Source: Candidatus Vecturithrix granuli
Lineage (GTDB): Bacteria; Moduliflexota; Moduliflexia; Moduliflexales; Moduliflexaceae
Length of the DNA stretch: 51,762 nucleotides
Direction: 5' to 3'
Assembly (NCBI GenBank): GCA_000739535.1
Contig: DF820466.1
Span: 351,071-402,832 of the forward strand
Every line of letters starts with the position of its first letter. The stretch's first letter is position 1. The notes beneath the pieces were generated by a model. The model was not told the origin of the DNA. It saw only the letters and a program-made list of their open reading frames with translations, and made no database searches. Below, one piece after another: positions 32,443-43,110 of the stretch. The translations under genes and the position numbers were made by a program.

Positions 32443-33639
32443 TCATTGCGGCGTCAGCATTGACTTTTTCTGAAGCTCATCATAAGTGTTGAGAATTTCT
32501 TGCCCAAACGCAGAAGTCGGTTCAACGCCAGAGACCTGCTGTAAGGTTTGAGCCACACCGATTTCGCGGATCATCGCCTGAAGTTTCACCGCCTCAGGAT
32601 CTTCGGAATAATCATAACGCAAGGCCGCGCCGCAGATCGAGGCGATGCGTTTTGGGAAAATCCCGTATTGCTGGCACAACTTTGCGCTGCCGATCAGTCG
32701 ATCGTTTGGCCCTAGCTTGCGGATCGGATCACGCGCCACGCGCTGCACCGTATCCATAATCAGCGGATTGCCAAAACGAATGTTGACATCTTTGCGAATG
32801 TCAGCGTGTTCGCGGGCGTCCAAATCGTCAGGGTACCTCTTCAACAGGGCTTCCGTGGTTTCATCGAGTGCACCATTAAAAATCGCACAGAGTTCAGGAT
32901 CATCAAAAGGTTCATGCACATAGGTATAGCCTTTTAAATAGCCCAGATAGGCTAAGGCAGCATGTCCCAGATTATGAGTGAAGAGTTTTCGTTCCACTTC
33001 GGCCTGAAAATTTTTTACGGCGTACATGCCCTGAATATCAGGCTCCTGGCCGCGTCTGGCCGGGCCGTCGTAGGCAAGTTTGTGATAGGAATCGGCGACC
33101 ACAAACAGCGGATCTTGCACACCAAAACGTCCGCTGGCGGCCGGCACCATGCGCGCCACGCTTGTACCCACAAAGCCGATGTGTTCTTCAGCCCACGCCG
33201 CAGTTTCGGAATCAAGGCATTGCCGCACCGCCTTTTTTAACATGTCTGCGGCCTCGTAGAGATTCTCACACAAATAGATGTCAACCGGCGAGGTTTGTTC
33301 CTGATGCCGCAGTTTCACACCAGCAGCGATAAGCGGGGCGATCTGCTCCAGATTTTTTACGCCTACCGCTGTAGCGATCATGTCAGCCTGGCTGAAAATT
33401 TCGGCAATCTCCCGGACTTCCTCGGTTGTAAGGGCGTGAATCTGCGTGATAGTCAGATCAATGTGTTGTTTCGAATAGGCATCCAGTAAACGCAAAGGAT
33501 ACTGTTTGCGTTCATTCAGTTTCGCTGCCAGTGCCGAATTATATTCGACAAAACAGGTGGTATAACCGGCTTCCCAGAACAATTGCCCCATAAATCCCCG
33601 GCCAATATTTCCGGCTCCGAATTGGACTGCAATTTTCAT
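32443..33639 (-). CDS. Mannitol dehydrogenase family oxidoreductase (MtlD/UxuB-like)
   Basis: The N-terminus MKIAVQFGAGNIGRGFMGQLF carries the characteristic FGAGNIGRGF dinucleotide-binding motif of the family. Confidence 0.7.
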   Translation of the reverse strand: MKIAVQFGAGNIGRGFMGQLFWEAGYTTCFVEYNSALAAKLNERKQYPLRLLDAYSKQHIDLTITQIHALTTEEVREIAEIFSQADMIATAVGVKNLEQIAPLIAAGVKLRHQEQTSPVDIYLCENLYEAADMLKKAVRQCLDSETAAWAEEHIGFVGTSVARMVPAASGRFGVQDPLFVVADSYHKLAYDGPARRGQEPDIQGMYAVKNFQAEVERKLFTHNLGHAALAYLGYLKGYTYVHEPFDDPELCAIFNGALDETTEALLKRYPDDLDAREHADIRKDVNIRFGNPLIMDTVQRVARDPIRKLGPNDRLIGSAKLCQQYGIFPKRIASICGAALRYDYSEDPEAVKLQAMIREIGVAQTLQQVSGVEPTSAFGQEILNTYDELQKKSMLTPQ

Positions 33640-33762
33640 TGTATTTGGCTAAATAATCAACGAAATTGGCTTGTAGTGAACGCTTCAGCGTTTCTGAAAT
33701 ATGCCTGAAACAACGCTAAAGCGTTGACTACGAACCTTATTCGCGATAATGTCTTATGTTTT

Positions 33763-35172
33763 TTACACAATTGTCACATCATAATTCAGATAACGGGTAA
33801 AAGCTTCTTGAAGCGGTTGCAACATCTGCTGCCCGGGCGACACACTGACATGATGGCGAAAACCCATGTAGCCAATGGTTTGCAGTTTGTCCTGAAGCTT
33901 GTCGAATTCGGCGACTCCGGCGCAGCCGAAGAACTCATCGGGAATCGAATCCGCTGTAAAACGCCCTTCGCCCAGATAACATTTTATTTTCCCATCTTCG
34001 GTGATCATGCTGCCAAAGGTAAATGGGGTTGGCGCGATGCGTCCGACATTACAGCCGTAGGCTTTTCCGGCCCCAACCGAGTTGGACAGAATGGCATGAT
34101 CCGTAATGCGCCCTTTGGCGGTCATCAACGATTGAGGCACAGGGCCGCAATGGAATAGGATGCACTTGTCTTCATCATCCTGATAATTATTATTCCAATC
34201 CAGCAGAGTGGCCGGTTGACCTGAAGCTAAGGACAGTGCGTGCATGACGACCGCATTGCCGGTATCCAATTCGCAGGCCGCCGCAATGCCGCGGTCATTC
34301 AGTTCGCCAAGCAGGACACAAGGCGATACGCCCAATTGCTGCTGCATTTCAATCCAGCAGCGCAGTGAGAGGCAATCCAGATGGTTTTCGGCGATCAAAT
34401 GATCAATTGCCACACCCATTTTGCACAAGGTTGTGAAAGTCTCTTCTTGTACGCCTTCCCAACTGGTGTAAGTTTTGAAATATTCTTTTTTAGCTTTCAC
34501 GTCAGCATTGGTACTATCCAGGCTTTTGATTCTGGCAAACAGATCAGAGAGGTCAAAGGTTTCCACTGTGATGCCATGTTTTTGCAGGGTGAGTTCATCA
34601 ATGCGCACGGTTTTGAACGCGGTGGTACGCGCGCCGATCGCGCCAACCACCAGATTTTTCATGCTGCCGACCACGCGGCAGAGACGGTCGAAATAGGCGA
34701 TATTTTCTGCAAATTTCAGACTGGTTGGATGTACCACGTGCGGCTGTAAGGCCGTAAATTTGACGCCGTACTGGCAAAACACATCCATGATCGAAAATTT
34801 GCCGCAAAAGGCATCCCGCCGTACCTCTGGAGCCATTTTATCCATCTCATCCGGGTAAGCCTGCACCAGAATCGGCGTCCCGGCATCTTTCAGGGCGGCC
34901 ACAGCCCCGGTTTCATCGCCGAAATTCGGCAGGCACAGAATTACACCATCGTATTGGCCGCGATGCGCTTCTAAAAATTTGCGATATTTTTCCCCTTCAG
35001 TTGGCGTTTCTACCGCGCCGTAGCGGGTCGCTTCCGCTTCCATCATGATACTTTCATGCCCCAAACTCTTGAGCACTTTGGGTACCTCTTCACGAGCGCC
35101 GGCTTGCAGCGAGGCCGGAAAAAATCCTCGATTTCCGAAAAACAGGGCAAAGGTTGATTTCTTACGTTCCAT
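33763..35172 (-). CDS. L-fucose/L-arabinose isomerase family protein (COG2407-like), paralog 2
   Basis: LPNFGDE...ILVQA...RRDAFCGKFSI...GAIGAR parallel the motifs of paralog 1. The start was trimmed to the ATG at 35172. Confidence 0.55.
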   Translation of the reverse strand: MERKKSTFALFFGNRGFFPASLQAGAREEVPKVLKSLGHESIMMEAEATRYGAVETPTEGEKYRKFLEAHRGQYDGVILCLPNFGDETGAVAALKDAGTPILVQAYPDEMDKMAPEVRRDAFCGKFSIMDVFCQYGVKFTALQPHVVHPTSLKFAENIAYFDRLCRVVGSMKNLVVGAIGARTTAFKTVRIDELTLQKHGITVETFDLSDLFARIKSLDSTNADVKAKKEYFKTYTSWEGVQEETFTTLCKMGVAIDHLIAENHLDCLSLRCWIEMQQQLGVSPCVLLGELNDRGIAAACELDTGNAVVMHALSLASGQPATLLDWNNNYQDDEDKCILFHCGPVPQSLMTAKGRITDHAILSNSVGAGKAYGCNVGRIAPTPFTFGSMITEDGKIKCYLGEGRFTADSIPDEFFGCAGVAEFDKLQDKLQTIGYMGFRHHVSVSPGQQMLQPLQEAFTRYLNYDVTIV

Positions 35173-35479
35173 ACATCCTCCTCCTCTTTTGACAATCCTA
35201 TCCATTCAATGTTCACGTTTGATTGCCTTTTATCGCAATCAGTCTCTCCAATACTCATCCGATCTAATGATATTTTTGAGCTAACATTTCAGAAGGTTCG
35301 AACCTTGTCAATAGAGAATTTATGTCAGATGTGCTGAATGTCGCCTCTCGTCATTGAAAGAAGAAAAGATTCATGTTTTTGTCTTGACGGAGATGGCGAG
35401 CACCCAGGGAAATGGGATAAATTTTCAAAAAACCGGGTTTTTTCAAAAAACCCGGTTTTTCGACTCCTGATGGCTTTTC

Positions 35480-37996
35480 TCAAGCATGATAGGTATCAAT
35501 CAGACTATAGAGTTTGAGTTTTTGTTCAAACTCTTGCAGGCTCATAGCGCGTTCGGGGTGGACGTGGACTTCTACGGCTTTGCCGGGCATAAGATGGAAA
35601 AAGCGGTGCGAATAGGTCGCTTCAACGCCTTCAATCTCAGGCCAGACCCACAAGGCCGGATGTTTGGCATTGATTGTCACGGCAAAGGAACCGTGAGGAA
35701 GCATTTGGATCTGGGCTGTCAGTTCTGGATCGTAGAGTTCCAGGTGTTTCGGACGGATAAAATAGACCAGGTTCTGGGAAACGACTTCATTATCAACCAA
35801 CAATTCCAGCCAGACCAGCAGTTTGCGTCTGCCTTCTTCCTTGAGATGGTCGGCAAAATCTAACAAACAGACTTTCGTATTCGCTCCGGCCGCGATGTTA
35901 CTGTGATCAAGCGTATTCAAGGCCAGGATTTTTCCGGCCGTATCGGCCAGGGTCCAGCGAATCACGCCTGAAACCGGATGAAGCAGATCATTGGTGACAT
36001 GCACTTCGACAGTACCCCACTCTTGATCTTCCACCGCGGAAATGAGCAGCGGTGCAAAGAAATCCTGTGCCATGTAGTGCAAAGCTTTCCAATTGCCGTA
36101 ATAATCAATGGAGGACCAACTGGCGACCGGCCAGCAGTCGTTCATCTGCCAATATAAGGTGCCCATGCCGCGCGGCATGGAACGCCGCCAATGCTCAACC
36201 GCATATTTCATGGCCATCCCCTGTAAAATTTGCGAAAGCCATAGGAGCATATCGAAACTGGTTGGCAGTTGGCACCAGGAGAGCATGTACTGGATAATTG
36301 CATCATTGCCAATCTGACTGCGCTGGTGCCATTCCATGATGTAGCTTGTGATATTGCGGTCTTCGGGCGCGGTGTACGAGTTGACCACCTGCGGTTCCGG
36401 GAACGATTGAAAACCGAACTCGCTGTTAAAACGATGTTCGCAGGTGCGATACCATTCGAAGGGTTGACGGCCGTGCCAGACTTCCCATAAATGCGCGTCG
36501 CCGCAGGTCGGGTTATTCGGGTCTTTGCGGTCGCCGAGCGGCGAATGCGAACTGGAAGGCCAGTATGCGCGTTCGGGATCATGCTGTTTCGCAATTCCTC
36601 CAATCACGCCGTCAAATAGATAGGTATATTCATCCCAGGTCATAAATCCGGGTTGCGGCGTGTCGCTCAAAAACATCTGGTGAATGTGTTCCAATTCATT
36701 GTTGCCGCACCACAGGGCTATGCAGGGATGATGGCGCAGGCGTTTGACATTTTCGGCGATTTCCTGTTTGACATTGGCGACAAAAGCGTCATCATGAGCA
36801 GCATAGCCGCTGCACGCAAACATAAAATCCTGCCAGATACAGATGCCGTAGTGGTCGCACAATTCATAAAACACATCATCTTCATAAATGCCGCCGCCCC
36901 AGACGCGCAACATGTTAAAATGGGCGTCTGCCGCGCTTTTAATCAGATATTCGTAATGTTCTCTGGTCATGCGCGTCACAAAGGTATCGGCCGGGATCCA
37001 ATTCGCGCCTTTGGCAAAAAAGGGCTTACCATTGACCACAAATTGGAAGGATTCACCCCATTGATCAGGGTGCCGATCAAGCACCAATGTTCGTAAACCA
37101 ATGCGTTTGGAGGTCGAATCAATAACCTTTTCTCCTTGCAATAAGCCTACATTGACTTCATAGAACGGTTGTTCCCCCAACCCGTTCGGCCACCAGAGTT
37201 TGGGCTGTTCAATCGTCAGAGAAGCTTTTGCGGCAGCTTCTGACTGGTTGGGCTGGTCAGACAGGTCAATTTCAGTTTCACACACCAGATCCCCTTCGTG
37301 CAGTACGGTTATCTTTGCTTTCAGGGCAGAGGCTTCTTTGGTTTCAAGATTGACAGCTATCTGCAATCCAACACGCCCGGCCTGCGAATGATCCTGGGTG
37401 ATATACACATCCTGAATGCGACCCGTATTGAAGGCCAGCAGATGAATAGGCCGCCAGATTCCGGCGGTGACGCACATCGGGCCCCAATCCCAGCCGTAAT
37501 TGCACTGGCTTTTGCGGATGCGGTTACTGCCGTCAATGCGATGATGCCCCACGCCGGTCAAATTCAGATAACGCTTCCGTTGTTCAGCCTGAATCACGGG
37601 CATGGTATTGGCAAAAAGAATCTCAATGGTGTTTTCACCCGCTTTGAGATAAGGTTTGACATCAAACTCCCAGGTTCTGAATTGATTATCGGTTTTGCCA
37701 ATTTCCGAGCCGTTGATCGTGATCGTCGCTAAGGTATCCAATCCCAGAAATTGCAGCAGCACGTGTTGGTGGTCTAACAAAGAGGAATCAAGCGTAAAGG
37801 TGCGCGAATAGATCCAATCTGTTTCGCCGATCCACATCTGCCGGGTTTCATTATCCCGGTAAAAGGGATCCTCAATTTTTTCGGCATGTAACAGGTCAGT
37901 ATGCACGCAGCCCGGCACAGTTGCCGGAATCGTTTCAATGTCTCCCTGTTTTCTTACACGCCATTGTCCGCCTAAATCAAATAGTTTCATCTTCAT
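35480..37996 (-). CDS. Glycoside hydrolase family 2 beta-mannosidase
   Basis: It is 838 aa. The N-terminus (MKMKLFDLGGQWRVR...IPATVPGCVHTDLL), a central NMLRVWGGGIYEDDVFYELCDHYGICIWQDFMFAC and the catalytic region (WCGNNE) are typical of GH2 beta-mannosidases. Confidence 0.8.
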   Translation of the reverse strand: MKMKLFDLGGQWRVRKQGDIETIPATVPGCVHTDLLHAEKIEDPFYRDNETRQMWIGETDWIYSRTFTLDSSLLDHQHVLLQFLGLDTLATITINGSEIGKTDNQFRTWEFDVKPYLKAGENTIEILFANTMPVIQAEQRKRYLNLTGVGHHRIDGSNRIRKSQCNYGWDWGPMCVTAGIWRPIHLLAFNTGRIQDVYITQDHSQAGRVGLQIAVNLETKEASALKAKITVLHEGDLVCETEIDLSDQPNQSEAAAKASLTIEQPKLWWPNGLGEQPFYEVNVGLLQGEKVIDSTSKRIGLRTLVLDRHPDQWGESFQFVVNGKPFFAKGANWIPADTFVTRMTREHYEYLIKSAADAHFNMLRVWGGGIYEDDVFYELCDHYGICIWQDFMFACSGYAAHDDAFVANVKQEIAENVKRLRHHPCIALWCGNNELEHIHQMFLSDTPQPGFMTWDEYTYLFDGVIGGIAKQHDPERAYWPSSSHSPLGDRKDPNNPTCGDAHLWEVWHGRQPFEWYRTCEHRFNSEFGFQSFPEPQVVNSYTAPEDRNITSYIMEWHQRSQIGNDAIIQYMLSWCQLPTSFDMLLWLSQILQGMAMKYAVEHWRRSMPRGMGTLYWQMNDCWPVASWSSIDYYGNWKALHYMAQDFFAPLLISAVEDQEWGTVEVHVTNDLLHPVSGVIRWTLADTAGKILALNTLDHSNIAAGANTKVCLLDFADHLKEEGRRKLLVWLELLVDNEVVSQNLVYFIRPKHLELYDPELTAQIQMLPHGSFAVTINAKHPALWVWPEIEGVEATYSHRFFHLMPGKAVEVHVHPERAMSLQEFEQKLKLYSLIDTYHA

Positions 37997-38350
37997 TTCT
38001 CCTGGGGATCAACCACAGATTTCGCAGATTTCACAGATTTTCACATCCGAGAAATCTGCAAAAATTTGTGGCGATTTTTTTCGACTTCAGTGGTTTCGGG
38101 AATGAACCTTCAAATTTCCGAAACGCTTTCTGTTTCGGGAAAGCCGTTTCCTTCATTCCCGAAACAACTGAAACTCAAATGTCAAAAAGATCAATTAAAA
38201 AATCATCATACAATTTTCTTTACTTTGTATAATATGTGAATATAAAAGAGACAACTTTTTCCTGAAAAAAATATCTTTCTGAATTGAAGATCGTGAAAAG
38301 ACCCTGTAACATTATCCTTGATTTTTAGAGAACAATGGGAGGAAATAGGT

Positions 38351-40543
38351 ATGAAAATCCGACGATTCATGTTTGTGACCATAAGTGCTCTGCTACTCAT
38401 GATGTTATTCTCTTGTGCGACGGAAACAAGTAAAAAGCCTGTCAAAAGAGGTTCACAAGCTAAAAAAAGTTCGATGTACAAGCATCTGGCGACCTTACAA
38501 GAAGCCGATTGTAGCGGGGTTAGACCAGGAACAACCGGATCGTTGGTCGCGGATAGCGGCTTTCGTCCCCATCCGCATGGGTTCAGTTTTCCCAACTACA
38601 GCAAAGAATTTCCGGAAGGGAATTTGAAGGTAGAAGATGCGCGGATGCTGTTTGGCGATCAGATTTGTAAAAGCATCAAAGATGGCAAATGTCTGCCGAC
38701 CACGGCTGCTCATCTCTGGATCAAAAATATGAATGCCGCGATGGAGGATGGACATTGCGAAGGCATGGCAGTGCTCAGCTCACTGTTCTTTAGAGAACAA
38801 AGCCAGATTCAAGAATACGGACAAACCACAACCTTTAAGTTGACCCCTGAAAAAACCTCTCTATTGCGTTCGATTGCTGCTTACTGGACGCTTCAAAGTC
38901 TTGAGCCGGTCATCTCTGAATCGTTGTACTATCAAACCAAAACCCCGGCTGAAATTCTGCGCACACTGATTGAGGCGCTGAAAACCGGACAGGAGTTTTA
39001 CACTTTGGGAATTTACGGCAGTTTTGGCGGACACTCGATCACTCCCTATGCCGTGGAAGATATTGGAAAGGGCATCTTTTGGATTCATGTGTATGACAAC
39101 AACTATCCCTGCACCTATAAATATGTCGAAATAGATACCAATCTAAATACCTGGCGTTATGCGGCAGGGGTCATCAATCTCGATGAAGAGCCAATGCCCT
39201 GGGAAGGGAGCACCGGCAGCATTGACTTAACCTCGCTTTCCATCCGCCAACAACCAGTAGAATGTCCTTTTTGTCAAGATGCTCAAACCGGATGTGGTTC
39301 TGGGGGCAGGTTGGCTGTGCTGATGAATAGTAAAGACAGCACGATCAATGCAACCAATCAGTCCGGACAGCAGGTTGGGATTGATGAAATGGGGCGGATC
39401 GTGAATCAGATTCCCGGCGCAAAGCTTTTGCAGTTCAAAGGACCTGAGATGAGCAATGTGGATAAACGTGGTTTGTCCCCATCCGTTCTACGTTCGACGC
39501 TTATCATGCTTCCGCCAGATCCACAATACACTTTTAACCTCACAGGCCATGCAACACTTCAACAGTCAGAAACTGCACAGATTGGAGTATTTCAGCCCTG
39601 TCAGGCATTTACGATTGATCAGATCGCTCTGAAACCAGGGCAGCAAAATCAACTCATCATTGCCAACGGTAATCACTTTCGATACACTCCCGGAGATAAA
39701 GATTCGCCGCAATTTCGCTTCGCTACCTACGCTCCGAGGGCAGTTGATGGCTTATATACGGTGCAGGATATTACCCTCAATGAAGGCGCAATTTTTGATA
39801 TTAAAATTGATCTGGAAACCAATAAAATCAACATCAGCGATGATGATCCTGAACTGGATTCCTTTGATCTCGACGTGACGATAGTCGATGAAGATGGAAA
39901 CATCGAGAAGATGTCTTATGATGATATTGAAGCAGGCGATGAAGGTCAAGCGATCTTTGATGTAGATGAAGAAGGAAATTGGGATCTTGAAATCGACGCC
40001 GACAGCGACGGCTTGATTGATGATGAAGATTTTGATGATGACAACGATGGAGTTGTTGATGATGACGACATTGATGATGACGGCGATGGGATCTCTGATG
40101 ACGAAGATCTGGAAGAAGACTACGATGACGAAGAATTTGACAATGAAGAGTTTGACGATGACGAAGGCTATGACGATGATGAGTATGATAGTAACGATGA
40201 TGATGGGGATGGTGATGATGACGGTGATAACGGTGAGAGCAACGATGATGAGGGCGATGACGGTGACAGCGGTGACGATAAGAGCGATGGTGATGATGAG
40301 GGCAGTGACGATGAGAGCGATGATGATGAAAGCGACGACGATGACGGCAGTGATGATGATGGCGGTGACGATGAGAGCGACAGCGATGACGGCGGTGACG
40401 ATGAGAGCGACAGCGATGACGGCGGTGATGATGAGAGCGACAGCGATGACGGTGGCGATGATGGCAACGATGATGACGGCGGTGATGATGAGAGCGACAG
40501 CGATAACGGTAGCGATGATGATGACGACGGCGATGATGAATAA
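38351..40543 (+). CDS. Secreted lipoprotein with a ~520-aa N-terminal globular region and a ~200-aa C-terminal poly-acidic (D/E/S/G) low-complexity tail
   Basis: A lipobox-type signal is present (MKIRRFMFVTISALLLMMLFSCATE). The RBS is GGGAGGAAATAGGT before the ATG at 38351. The C-terminus is DDDGDGISDDEDLEEDYDDEEFD...(GGDDESDSDD)n, and the period-30 nt tandem repeats that encode it are visible in the DNA from 40330 to 40520. Confidence 0.6.
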   Translation: MKIRRFMFVTISALLLMMLFSCATETSKKPVKRGSQAKKSSMYKHLATLQEADCSGVRPGTTGSLVADSGFRPHPHGFSFPNYSKEFPEGNLKVEDARMLFGDQICKSIKDGKCLPTTAAHLWIKNMNAAMEDGHCEGMAVLSSLFFREQSQIQEYGQTTTFKLTPEKTSLLRSIAAYWTLQSLEPVISESLYYQTKTPAEILRTLIEALKTGQEFYTLGIYGSFGGHSITPYAVEDIGKGIFWIHVYDNNYPCTYKYVEIDTNLNTWRYAAGVINLDEEPMPWEGSTGSIDLTSLSIRQQPVECPFCQDAQTGCGSGGRLAVLMNSKDSTINATNQSGQQVGIDEMGRIVNQIPGAKLLQFKGPEMSNVDKRGLSPSVLRSTLIMLPPDPQYTFNLTGHATLQQSETAQIGVFQPCQAFTIDQIALKPGQQNQLIIANGNHFRYTPGDKDSPQFRFATYAPRAVDGLYTVQDITLNEGAIFDIKIDLETNKINISDDDPELDSFDLDVTIVDEDGNIEKMSYDDIEAGDEGQAIFDVDEEGNWDLEIDADSDGLIDDEDFDDDNDGVVDDDDIDDDGDGISDDEDLEEDYDDEEFDNEEFDDDEGYDDDEYDSNDDDGDGDDDGDNGESNDDEGDDGDSGDDKSDGDDEGSDDESDDDESDDDDGSDDDGGDDESDSDDGGDDESDSDDGGDDESDSDDGGDDGNDDDGGDDESDSDNGSDDDDDGDDE

Positions 40544-40633
40544 GGAGAGTGTAAACGGAAGTGCGCTCTGATAGATTTTACTAGCCGAGGCGGCCTCCGT
40601 CTGACAGCGAGGCTGCCTCCCATGCTCGAATCG

Positions 40634-42604
40634 TTATCCCCTGGATTCCAGGAGCGTCAGAATCCGGTCGAATTGATAGGTTTTCGCAAGCTGGCGCAAA
40701 GTGTTAACAAGAGGAATATAGGTGGTATCCTGGCGTTCGAGCTGATCCAGAATGGAAAGAATGCGCCGTGTGATGCCAAGGTGCGCTAACTGACGGATGT
40801 TCTCGGCGTCTTCGGGAGGCAGGGGAATGAACTCCGTCTGTGTTTGTGCTGCGTGTGGTGTAACTGGATTCATCTCATCTGGGATATTTTCATAAATCCA
40901 TTCGAGTTGAAGATATCTTTGTAACAGTTTCAACAGGTGTTCTCGTTGAAGCGGTTTAATCAAAAAATCTTGAAATCCGGACTGGATCGCGCGCTGACGG
41001 GTTTCTTCAAACACGCTGGCAGAGACGGCTACTATCGCCACCTGATGAAGTGCGGGAATGTTGCGCAAATATTTGACCGTTTCATAGCCATCCATGAGAG
41101 GCATTCGCAAATCCAATAAAATGATATCAGGATGATATGTTGTTGCTTGTTCCAGACATTCCTGCCCATTCGCAGCCTCAATTGCATGAAATCCTAAGGG
41201 AAGCAACATACCGACAAGAACATCGCGGTTATGGGCATCATCATCAACAACTAACACTGTCCGCGGGATACCTCGATAGCCAACAATCTGTGGGGCATAT
41301 TCCTGTTTTTGAGCAACAAATCTAGAAACTTGAGGTAAGTTCACATCAAACCAGAAACGACTCCCCTGACCGATAATACTGCTCACATGGAGTTCACTCC
41401 CCATTAACGTGACGAGTTTGCGACTAATTGCCAGACCGAGACCTGTTCCTTCGAGTGCACTATAAGATTGTGCGACCTGCCGAAACGGGAGAAAAATTTC
41501 ATCCAATTGATCTGATGGAATCCCAATGCCTGTATCTTCGATTGAAAATTGAATCGTGACAATTGGAGGTTGAAGATTAGAAAGTTCTATTCTTCTGATA
41601 TGGAAGGTGACGCTTCCTTGCTCTGTAAATTTGACCGCATTGCTGAGGATATTAATCAGGACTTCGCGTAAACGCTTTTCATCGGCGCACACGCCTGTTG
41701 GTAACTGCGGATCTGGTTCATAGATAAAGCACAACCCTTTTTGTTCGGCGCGGATGCGAGTAATTTTGGCAATATACGCGAGAAAGTCGAGGAAATGAAA
41801 CTCGTTGACTTGCAGTGTCAGGCTTCCTGCTTCGATTTTAGACAGGTCCAGAATTTCATTAATCATGGTCAACAGGTGTTCACCGCTGCTTTTAATTGTC
41901 TCAAGCCCTTCTCGTTGTCGGTCGGTCAGATTTTCTGCACTTTTGAGGATTTGCGCATAACCCAAGATCGCGTTCAGCGGGGTGCGGAGTTCGTGACTCA
42001 TGTTGGCCAGAAATTCATCTTTATGGTGCGAGGCGCGCGCAAGTTGCGCATTCGCTTGCTGCAACTCCGCTGTCCGTTCTTCAACGCGACGTTCTAATTG
42101 TCTTTGAACTTCTTGCAACGCGTGTTCTGCTCGTTTTCGTTCTTCAATTTCTTTGGTGAGTTCCTCTGTGCGAAGGGCAACAAGTTCCTCCAGATGTTCT
42201 TTATAGGTACTTAACTCTTCTTCGCGTTGTTTGCGTCTGATCGCTTTTTCAATGATCAACGCCAGCGTTTTGAGATGATTACCTTCTCGATCTTTGATCA
42301 GATAATCGTACGCGCCAGCTTTCATCGCACGGACAGCAATTTCTTCATTGCCCAGCCCGGTCACGACAATGATCGGGGTGTTTGGCAGTTTCTCAAACAG
42401 ATCAAAAGCCGTGCCATCTTCCAGGGAATAGTCAATGACAGCTGCATCAAAACTGTTCCCATGAATATGTTCCTGGGCTTCTTGCACCGAGCTCGCGATC
42501 TCATACGCATACGGAAATGTCGCCCGCTGCGCAAATCGCTCAAACGCGATCTGGTCAATCTCATCATCTTCAACAAACAAGATTTTCTGCGGAAAATGCT
42601 CCAT
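40634..42604 (-). CDS. Hybrid sensor histidine kinase / response regulator (REC-coiled coil-HisKA-HATPase_c-REC)
   Basis: N-terminal REC: ILFVEDDEIDQ...AAVIDYSLEDGT. HisKA: FLANMSHELRTPLNAILGY. HATPase: IEDTGIGIP...GTGLGLAISRKLV. Second REC: VLVVDDDAHNRDVL...IILLDLRMPLMDG. Confidence 0.85.
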   Translation of the reverse strand: MEHFPQKILFVEDDEIDQIAFERFAQRATFPYAYEIASSVQEAQEHIHGNSFDAAVIDYSLEDGTAFDLFEKLPNTPIIVVTGLGNEEIAVRAMKAGAYDYLIKDREGNHLKTLALIIEKAIRRKQREEELSTYKEHLEELVALRTEELTKEIEERKRAEHALQEVQRQLERRVEERTAELQQANAQLARASHHKDEFLANMSHELRTPLNAILGYAQILKSAENLTDRQREGLETIKSSGEHLLTMINEILDLSKIEAGSLTLQVNEFHFLDFLAYIAKITRIRAEQKGLCFIYEPDPQLPTGVCADEKRLREVLINILSNAVKFTEQGSVTFHIRRIELSNLQPPIVTIQFSIEDTGIGIPSDQLDEIFLPFRQVAQSYSALEGTGLGLAISRKLVTLMGSELHVSSIIGQGSRFWFDVNLPQVSRFVAQKQEYAPQIVGYRGIPRTVLVVDDDAHNRDVLVGMLLPLGFHAIEAANGQECLEQATTYHPDIILLDLRMPLMDGYETVKYLRNIPALHQVAIVAVSASVFEETRQRAIQSGFQDFLIKPLQREHLLKLLQRYLQLEWIYENIPDEMNPVTPHAAQTQTEFIPLPPEDAENIRQLAHLGITRRILSILDQLERQDTTYIPLVNTLRQLAKTYQFDRILTLLESRG

Positions 42605-42687
42605 AACGAGTCAGTAAGCTGAAGACAGACTTCCGAAGTTGATAGACCTGGGAAGTCTCAACCTGTCAGCGAAAACTTGAAAGAATT

Positions 42688-43110
42688 CTAGTCCTCATCC
42701 GGGAATTCACTCAAGGTCCAATAGAGATTAATTGTTTTCACCACATCGACAAATTGTTGATAATCGACAGGTTTCACCATATAACCAGCCACTCCCAGAT
42801 CAAAACTTTCAACCCGATCTTGTTCATTGCGCGAGGTGGTAAGCACCACGACAGGAATTCTTTTGAGGCGTTTGTCATTTTTCACAATCTGTAAAAATTC
42901 AATCCCATTCATTTTCGGCATGTTCAAGTCTAGCAGGATGATGCACGGTTTTTCCTGATCCTGGTTTCTTAAAAATTGCAGACCTTGTTCTCCATTGCCT
43001 GCAATAAGCAGGTGATTAGTCACATTAATCTCTCGCAGCGACCGTTTCACCGTCATGGCATCCACCTGGTCATCTTCTACCAGTAAAATGGGTTTTTTAC
43101 TTTTCATCAT
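42688..43110 (-). CDS. Single-domain response regulator (CheY-like REC)
   Basis: ILLVEDDQVDAMTVKRSL...CIILLDLNMPKMNGIEFL...IPVVVLTTS. Confidence 0.85.
   Translation of the reverse strand: MMKSKKPILLVEDDQVDAMTVKRSLREINVTNHLLIAGNGEQGLQFLRNQDQEKPCIILLDLNMPKMNGIEFLQIVKNDKRLKRIPVVVLTTSRNEQDRVESFDLGVAGYMVKPVDYQQFVDVVKTINLYWTLSEFPDED

Noticed and set aside
40017-40623. ORF-track proteins made of poly-Met/Thr/Ala (+ strand, 184 aa) and poly-Ser/Pro/Leu (- strand, 151 aa)
   Set aside because: These are alternate-frame and antisense translations of the 30-nt tandem repeats that encode the acidic tail of the lipoprotein at 38351-40543. Their composition is a low-complexity artefact.
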